64,000 bases of DNA from Dictyostelium discoideum (Eukaryota). Positions 53,721 to 64,000 of the stretch are shown in pieces. The translations under genes were made by a program, and so were the position numbers. The stretch is taken from contig CM000152.2 of assembly GCA_000004695.1 (NCBI GenBank), positions 5,792,001 through 5,856,000 of the forward strand. The letters are read 5' to 3'. Position 1 is the stretch's first letter; every line of letters starts with the position of its first letter. The notes beneath the pieces are model-generated. The model made no database searches and was not told the origin of the DNA. It saw only the letters and a program-made list of their open reading frames with translations.

Positions 53721-55037
53721 TTATTGAGTTGAAGTTACAGCATCTAAAATTGCATCAGCAAAATAATCTATATTTTTATTATTTAAACCAGCTAAAGAAA
53801 CTCTACCACTACCTAAAAGATAAATATGATATTTATTTACAAGGATATCAACTTGTGGTTTGGTTAAACCTGTATAGGTGAACATACCAATTTGATTGAC
53901 GATATGTTCCCAATTACCTGGTACTTTACGGGCGATGAGAGCATCTAAAACCTTTTGACGAACATCTTTGATTCTACCAGACATTTCTTTAAGTTCTTTG
54001 ACCCAAAGTGCAGTTAATTCTGGGTCAGAGAGAACGGTGGTGACGAGACGAGCACCATGGGTTGGTGGGGAGGAGTACATTGCACGGATATCCATTTTGA
54101 GTTGAGATAACATCTTTGGAATTACATCTTCACGATGAGAAACAATGGTGAGGGCACCAGTTCTTTCACCATAGAGACCGAAGTTCTTGGAGTATGATTG
54201 AGCAGAGAACATCTCGAAACCACGATTTAAAAAGAGACGTGCACTGTAAGCATCGTAGTCCAAATCACCACTTGCATAGCCTTGATAGGCGCAATCCATG
54301 AATGGGATATGGTTCTTTTCTCTCATGACATCGGCGATGATATTCCATTGCTCGTGGGTTGGGTCGACACCAGTTGGGTTGTGGGCGCAGAGATGCAACA
54401 CAAAGACACTGCCATTTGGGGCGGCTCTCATATCGTTGATCATGCCAGTGAAATCCAAACCCTTGGTCTTTGGATCGTAGTAGGCGTATTCGGCCGATTG
54501 GACACCACTCTCCTTGCAAATGTTATGATGATTGGTCCATGATGGACGTGAAATGTACACTACGGTACCGGCTGGTAAATATTTACGAATGAAAATGATA
54601 CCAATACGTAATGCACCGGTACCTGACAATGCTTGAACTGTTACCATTCTCTTCTCTTTGCCAACCATTGCATCTCCATATAAAAGTTTGGCTGATAATT
54701 TATTGAACTCTGGAATACCATCGATTGGGAGATACTCTTTTGGTGCTCCCAATAATCTTTTCTCTGCTTCAAATACACATTTCAATACGTATGGTTTACC
54801 ATTTTCATCTCTATATGCTCCAACTGATGTATCTACTTTTCTTGGGTCAGTGTCTGCTTTGAAAGCTGTTGAAACACCTAAAATTGGATCTACTGGTCCT
54901 AATGGTACATTTGCAAATAAAGTTGCTACTTGACCACTAACTTCATTTGAATTTATTGAATCTTGCATATTATTATTATCTATTGGTACAAATAAAGAAT
55001 TTTTAATTCTTTCTGAAACTTTTTCTAATGTTGACAT
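53721..55037 (-). CDS. Aspartate aminotransferase (PLP-dependent, class I aminotransferase; GOT-type), 438 aa, single exon.
   Basis: ATG at 55037. Matches are 'GPVDPILGVSTAFKADTDPRKVDTSVGAYRDENGKPYVL' (compare '[39 protein letters not shown]'), 'SGTGALRIG', 'NPTGVDPT.EQW', and 'SAQSYSKNFGLYGERTGALT' (PLP-Lys, 'SKNFGLYGERVG'). The GC content is clearly elevated (about 40%). The track's internal and antisense ORFs 54265..54933 are artifacts of this. Confidence 0.9.
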   Translation of the reverse strand: MSTLEKVSERIKNSLFVPIDNNNMQDSINSNEVSGQVATLFANVPLGPVDPILGVSTAFKADTDPRKVDTSVGAYRDENGKPYVLKCVFEAEKRLLGAPKEYLPIDGIPEFNKLSAKLLYGDAMVGKEKRMVTVQALSGTGALRIGIIFIRKYLPAGTVVYISRPSWTNHHNICKESGVQSAEYAYYDPKTKGLDFTGMINDMRAAPNGSVFVLHLCAHNPTGVDPTHEQWNIIADVMREKNHIPFMDCAYQGYASGDLDYDAYSARLFLNRGFEMFSAQSYSKNFGLYGERTGALTIVSHREDVIPKMLSQLKMDIRAMYSSPPTHGARLVTTVLSDPELTALWVKELKEMSGRIKDVRQKVLDALIARKVPGNWEHIVNQIGMFTYTGLTKPQVDILVNKYHIYLLGSGRVSLAGLNNKNIDYFADAILDAVTSTQ

Positions 55038-56283
55038 TTTTTTTTATTTTTTTTTATGAAATTAAAAAATTTTTTTTTTTTTTTTTTGAAATTTTAAAAA
55101 ATTAATATTTAATTTTTTTTATTTATTTTTTTTTAATTAAGATAAATTATTTTTATAATAATCTGTTTTAATAAACTAATTTAGAAATTTAAATATAAAT
55201 ATTGAATAAACGTTATTTTATTATTTGTGTTTTTTAAAAAGGAAAATATAAAAAATTAAACAAATGATTGTTTTTTTTTTTTTTAAAAAATAATTATTAC
55301 AAAAAAAAAAAAAAAAAAAAATCAAAAAAATAAAGATATTTGTTATTTATTGGGGCAAAATGAAATTTAGAATAAAAAAAAATTAATAAAAAAAAAAAAA
55401 AAAATTTTTGTTTAATAATGAAAAAAAAATAAAAAAAAAGAAATAAAAAAAAATAAAAATAAAAAAGGGGTTTACAATTTCATTTTTCGAGTGTGTGGCG
55501 TGTAATGGTCAATTAATAAATTTATAATGTTGAATTTCTTCCTATATGTTGTCAGACTTACCCATATATGTCTTTTTATGTTTTAAACAAAAGAAATAAT
55601 GAAATAAAAAAAAAAAAAAAATTAAAAAAATTAAATAAAAAAAAAATAAAAAAATTAAAAAAAAAAAAAAATAAATTAAAATAAAAAAAAATTAAAATAT
55701 TAATTTTTTGAAATTTTAATTATTAACTGGTTTTTTTTTTTTTATTGATATTTTGACCAGTTTCTTACGACCTTTCGATTTCTTTTTTTGATTTTTTTTG
55801 GTTCATTCCACTCCCTTTTTTTTTTTATTATTCTAATTTAAAAATATTTAGATCAATTTTAAATTCAAAAAAAAAAAAGGTTTTTTTTTTTTTTTTTTTT
55901 TAATTCCAAAATAGATACAATTAAGTTTAAAAAAATAAAAAAAAAGAAGGAATTTTAAAAAAAATCAGGTAAAGTCCAAAGTGGTAATTTATCAGTACAT
56001 CTTTATTTGGTACAATATTATCAATTATTAAAAATCCAATATTTTCAAATAATTCAATATCTAATTTATTTACTATTAAATAAACTATTACATTCCTTAT
56101 AAAACAAATAAATAAATAAATAAATATATTTATAAAGTAATATGTTAATTCTTTAAAATTTTTTTTTTTTTTTTTTTATGGTATTATCAGTTTTTTTAAC
56201 CACACTTTATTCTAAAAAAAAAGAACAATTAAATAAAATAATATATTTTTATATTTTTATTTTTATTTTTTATTTTTAATTTT

Positions 56284-57305
56284 TTATTTTTTTACAGCAT
56301 CAATAATTATTGGAGATTTATAAGAAGTTTTTGAAAATGTTATTGGATAAAATGATTCTTCTAATTTATTTGAACCATAGATTTTATAACGACCAAATGA
56401 AAAACAAGGTTTAACAGTATCACTGAAAACACTATCACCAGGTGCAAAATGAATTGCAACACTAACACGTTCTTTAAATGATGATGGATTTGAATTTGAA
56501 CCATGCCATAATTTACCATGATGAATTGAACAACCACCTGCTTTCACAGTAACTGGATGAATTGTTAATTCATCGATTGATTTAAACCCATTATATTTAA
56601 TTGCACCTTCTAATCCTTTTAAATAATCAACAGGTGCATGAAATTCATTATTTGAATATGATTCACTATTATTATTATTATTATTATCAATTGGTGGTAA
56701 ATCATTCCATTTATGTGATCCTTCAATAAATTCAACTGTACCATTCTCTTTTGAAACATCTGTTAATGCAATCCAAACTGTTAATACTTTTTTTGACATA
56801 CATTCAAAGTATGGATAATCTATTAAGATTATATGTATTATATATATATTAGTATTTTCTATATTATTTATATTTTTTTATTTTATTTTATATATAGTTT
56901 ACCTTGATGCATTCCAATTGATTTACCATTCACAGGTTTCCAAAATATATCATCTTGTGCAATTAAAACACTATTACAATCTAATAGATCACAAGCTAAT
57001 TTACCAATATCTTGATTTAAAATTAATTGAGCCATTAATGAATCAGTTTTCCAAGAGTTTACCATTTCTCTAGTTTTATCATCTAATGAAAGTCCAGGTC
57101 TCCAACTTACTTCATCTGGTACGATTCCTTTATCAAAACCATTGTTAAAACAATCTTTTGCACGTTTTAATAATTTTTCAACTTGTTCTTTATTTGGTAA
57201 AATATTATCTAATACTAAATAACCATTATTTTCATAAAATTCTTTATCTTGTTTTGTAATTTCTCTAATTTCACATTTTATTAAATCATCATTTTCATTA
57301 TTCAT
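56284..57305 (-). CDS. Phytanoyl-CoA dioxygenase (PhyH)-family Fe(II)/2-oxoglutarate-dependent oxygenase. Two exons: 57305..56903 and 56819..56284, intron 56902..56820 (83 nt). About 312 aa.
   Basis: ATG at 57305. Exon 1 ends '...KSIGMHQ' plus 1 nt (donor GTAAAC, plus-strand 'gtttac' at 56897-56902). The acceptor CTTAATAG continues '(D)YPYFECMSKKVLTVWIALTDVSKENGTVEFIEGSHKW', giving the facial-triad 'HQD..YF' motif split by the intron. The distal 'GGCSIHHGKLWHGSNSNPS...R' supplies the second His and the 2OG-binding Arg. Confidence 0.8.
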
Positions 57306-57587
57306 TTTTTTTTTCTGTTTATAATTATAAATAATATTAAAGAAAATAAAAAAATAAAAAAAATAAAAAAAATTGAATTCTATTAAAAAAAAACAAAAAA
57401 ATAAAAATAATAATTATATTTTTAATTAAAAAAAAAAAAAAAAATAAAAATAAAAATTGAAAAAAAAAGGAAAAAGGGGGAGAGAGAGAGAAAAAAGAGG
57501 TGGTGAATAGTGTTGAATTGGTTAAATCAAAAAAAAAATAATAATTTAAATCTGGATTTTTTTTTTTTTTTTTTATGATTCATTTTA

Positions 57588-57945
57588 TTATTTTCTTTTT
57601 AATTTATTTCTATTATTATTATTATTATTTGGTTTAAAATCTTGTTCTTGTTTAATTTTTTGATTTTGTAAAGCAACACTGTTTGCTAAATGTTCTTGTA
57701 AAGTTGCAAAAGGATTTGCTTTAAATGATGGATGTGATAAAACATTTTTATATTGATTTGCTTCTTTTAAAGACATTTTCTTTCTTTTTTCATTTGTTAA
57801 TTTTGGTCCTTTAGTTTTTGGTTGTAATTTCATTGAATCCTTTAATAAATCAATTGATGATAAAACACCACCCATACCTAATCCATCATTTGATTCATCG
57901 TCATCTTGTTGTTTCTTTTTTTGTAATTTTAAACTTGGATTAAAT

Positions 57946-57987
<42 letters not shown>

Positions 57988-58358
57988 TTTTAAAAATAAT
58001 TTAATATGAATAATTAATTATTTAATTATATAAAATGGTTATTATAATAAAATTTAATAAAATACATACTTTGTAAAAATGCTTCTTTTTTTTGTTTTCT
58101 TTTATCTTTTTTTGAAATTAATTGTGGTCTTTTATCTATATGTTTATTTTCATTATTATTATTATTATTTTCATTATTATCATTATCATAATCTAGTTTA
58201 CCACTTGGTATTATATTTTTATTTAATGATTTAAAATTATTTGCAAGTGTTGATGTATCTAATTTAATTGAAGGTATATGAACAAATGATGTTTTCTCCG
58301 CTTTTGCAAATTCATCCTCTACTTTATATTTTTTAGTTTCTTTTGTTTCTTTTGGCAT
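57588..58358 (-). CDS. Small basic nucleolar-type protein, tentatively SLX9/FAM207A-like (ribosome biogenesis). Two exons: 58358..58070 and 57946..57588, intron 58069..57947 (123 nt). About 215 aa.
   Basis: ATG at 58358. K/E-rich. Exon 1 ends '...KKEAFLQ' plus 1 nt at donor GTATGT (plus-strand 'acatac' at 58064-58069). The acceptor (A)nAG (plus-strand 'ct' at 57947-57948) continues '(K)FNPSLKLQKKKQQDDDESNDGLGMGGVLSSIDLL...KEANQYKNVLSHPSFKANPFATLQEHLANSVAL'. The 'HP.FKANPF..L.EHL.N' C-terminal motif is what I associate with the SLX9 family. The assignment is tentative. Confidence 0.5.
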
Positions 58359-58560
58359 TTTATTTTATCTTTTATAATGAATCTTTATTCTTTTTTTTTT
58401 TTTTTACAGCAATATACAATTTGGTTTTTTTTTTAAAAAAAAATAAATAAAAAAAATAAAAAAAACTGATTCGGCCATCGTTTTTTTTTTTTTTTTTCTC
58501 TTTTTTTTTTTTTTGTGCAAAAAAAAAAAAATAAGAAAAAAATAAAAAAAAAATAAAAAA

Positions 58561-58616
58561 TCCAAAATTCAAAATTCAAAATCCAAAATCCAAAATCCAA
58601 AATCCAAAATCCAAAA
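58561..58616. repeat. Heptamer minisatellite (TCCAAAA/TTCAAAA)n of about 8 units, followed at 58637..58668 by (GAAAAATA)n, in the promoter of the SLX9-like gene.
   Basis: Direct reading: 'ccaaaattcaaaattcaaaatccaaaatccaaaatccaaaatccaaaatccaaaat' then 'agaaaaatagaaaaatagaaaaatagaaaa'. Confidence 0.9.
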
Positions 58617-58861
58617 TAATTTCCAGTGTTTTTAAAAATAGAAAAATAGAAAAATAGAAAATTTTAAATGTATGAAAAGAAATGGTAATAAATGATTTTA
58701 TTAATTTTTCTTTTTTAATTAGTTAGGGCTCATCGATTTTCTGTTTTTTTTTTTTCTTCTTCTTTTCTATTTTTTTTTTCAGTTTGGTTCAGTTAGGGAA
58801 ATAAATATTTTTGTTATTATTGTTTTGTTACTATTAGTTTTTTTTTTTAAATTTTTTTTTA

Positions 58862-61659
<2,798 letters not shown>

Positions 61660-61687
61660 CTATATCCATATTAATTAAAATGGAGGG

Positions 61688-61740
<53 letters not shown>

Positions 61741-62988
61741 TAAAAAAAAGTTTGGTGGTCACCTCTTTTTCTGTTTGTGATTTTTTTTTTTTTTGTTTTT
61801 ATTTTTATTTAATTTTAATTTAAATTTTAATTTTAATTTTTTTTTTAATTTTTTTTTTGGGATAGAAGTCGAATTGCCGAAACGATACGAGTCTCTAAAT
61901 GAAAATAGGGCTGACAAAAATAAAAAAAGCGAAAAAAAAAAATAAAAAAATAAAAAAAAAAGAAAAAAAAAGAAAAAAAAATAAAAAAAAATCAAAAAAA
62001 GAAAAAAAAAACTGGTTTTGGAATGGAACCTACTTTTTAATTTTCTTTTGTTTTTTTTTTTTTATTTTTTTTTAAAGAAAAAAAATTTATTATTTTTTAT
62101 TATTTATTATTTATTATTTATTATTATTAATTTATTATAATAAAAGCTTTTATTTCTTTTTTTTTTTTCCTTGAATGATGAAAAATGAGAATGAAAAAAA
62201 AAAAAAAATAAAATAAAAAATAAAAAAAAAAAAAAAAAAATAATTGAAAGTAACAGTCCAAAAATTTTTTTTTTTATTTTTTTATTTTTTTTTTAATTTT
62301 TTTATTTTTTTATTTTTTTGGTGGGGGAAAAAGTCCACAAGCATAAAATTTTTTTTTTTTTTTGACAACAGATATTTTTTTTTTGTATTTTTGTTTAATA
62401 TACAATACAAATTTTTTTTTTTTTTATTTAATTTTAAAAAATAAATTATATTACTATTATTATTATTATTATTATTGAAACTACTATTTTTTAATGTAAT
62501 ATTCGCGAATCCGTCCTAAAAATATATTTTTTTTTTTGGGCATAGATTTTTTTTTTTTAATCTTTTTTTTTTTTTTCAAATTTTTTTTTTTTTTCGCATC
62601 CAAAAATATCTCATTGGTGATTATTTCCATTATAATAATTAAATCATTTCAATTTAATATATAAAAAAAAAAAAAAAAAAAAAAAAAATTATAAAATAAT
62701 TAATAAAAAAAAACAAAAACTGAAAAATAAATAACCAGTTTTTGTTTATTCAATAATATATAAAATCTAAAAAATATACGAATAATATGCAAACTTATTT
62801 GAATTCAATCCTCTCCCCTGTCTCACTTGTTTATTAAAACCATATATAAATTTTTTTTTTTTTTTTTTTTTTATCTATATTTAATAAAAATAAAAATAAA
62901 TATTAAATAATAAATATTAGATGATAATATATTAATTCTTTTTTTTTTTTTTTTTCCAAAAACCAAAAACCATCCACACAAAAACATC

Positions 62989-63028
<40 letters not shown>

Positions 63029-63097
63029 CTTTTCGAATTTAATTTTTTTTTTTTATTTTTTTATTTTTTTTAACACACACAACCAATAATAAAAATA
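61660..63097. promoter_or_regulatory. Divergent promoter region between the E2F-like gene (minus) and the family paralog starting at 63098 (plus). Contains an A47 tract and GC-richer islands/palindromes.
   Basis: There is an A-run at 61691..61737 immediately 5' of the E2F-like ATG. The islands are 'GAAGTCGAATTGCCGAAACGATACGAGTCTC' (61866..61896), the perfect palindrome ATTCGCGAAT (about 62501..62510), 'GGTGGGGGAAAAAGTCCACAAGC' (62322..62344) and 'GAATTCAATCCTCTCCCCTGTCTCAC' (62801..62826). Confidence 0.4.

Positions 63098-64000
<903 letters not shown>

Noticed and set aside
54265-54933. Cluster of ORFs (54265..54519 -, 54282..54542 +, 54298..54480 +, 54658..54933 +) inside the aspartate aminotransferase gene
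   Set aside because: They overlap the strongly conserved AAT reading frame. The higher GC content of this CDS lowers stop-codon density in all frames.
55480-55570. 'ATATGG|GTAAGTCTGACAACATATAG' on the minus strand upstream of the aminotransferase gene, as a possible mini-exon or 5'-UTR intron
   Set aside because: Joining gives a 7-codon ORF that hits a stop (MGRNSTL*), with no link to the AAT reading frame. This could be a 5'-UTR intron but cannot be supported from sequence alone.
62790-62830. tRNA T-arm-like 'GAATTCAATCC'
   Set aside because: It has two mismatches to GGTTCGAATCC. There is no acceptor stem, D-arm or anticodon arm upstream, and the flanking DNA is pure A/T.

Overview
This 64 kb window looks like nuclear genomic DNA from a dictyostelid social amoeba, almost certainly Dictyostelium discoideum or a very close relative. 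Intergenic DNA is about 10-15% GC and coding DNA about 25-35% GC. There are very long (AAT)n/(ATT)n and (CAA)n tracts that encode poly-Asn and poly-Gln inside otherwise conserved proteins. Introns are short (66-130 nt) with GTAAGT-like donors and AG acceptors. I found no prokaryotic-type elements (CRISPR, operons, IS elements). I could not find any rRNA or tRNA genes.

The provided ORF track calls TTG as 'M', so several listed ORFs are really exon fragments. By reading across splice sites I assembled about 25 protein-coding genes. Listed by position they are: (1) a two-exon gene fusing a CBM20 starch/glycogen-binding module to a USP deubiquitinase core; (2) three paralogs of a lineage-specific N/Q-rich family (two convergent at 3.9-12.4 kb, one at the 3' edge of the window); (3) an ACC-synthase-like PLP aminotransferase; (4) a LARGE/B4GAT1-type (Dictyostelium 'gnt'-like) type II glycosyltransferase with a poly-Asn insertion about 180 residues long; (5) a large S/T-rich coiled-coil protein; (6) an Integrator subunit 9 (INTS9) homolog with three exons; (7) a Dbl-homology RhoGEF with two exons; (8) a two-exon DUF1289/YdhL-like small Cys-motif gene that is absent from the ORF track; (9) a BCAS2/SPF27 splicing-factor homolog with three exons; (10) a PA2G4/EBP1 homolog; (11) a transmembrane RING-H2 ligase; (12) a small coiled-coil protein; (13) a T/P-rich protein with a C-terminal 2-TM tail; (14) an acidic-tailed hypothetical protein; (15) a short-chain dehydrogenase/reductase (SDR); (16) an ankyrin + SAM-like protein; (17) an alpha-kinase/WD40 myosin heavy chain kinase of 941 aa; (18) a WDR44-like WD40 protein; (19) an aspartate aminotransferase; (20) a PhyH-type Fe/2OG dioxygenase; (21) an SLX9/FAM207-like protein; and (22) an atypical E2F-like protein carrying two E2F-type winged-helix DNA-binding domains.

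The non-coding features I noted are: GT/G-rich G-box-like elements that recur in promoter regions; a duplicated element of about 65 bp at 18.5 kb; isolated GC-richer islands and palindromes in AT deserts, including a 3.2 kb gene-free interval at 50.5-53.7 kb; a (GTTT)n microsatellite; a heptamer satellite; and a C13 tract.
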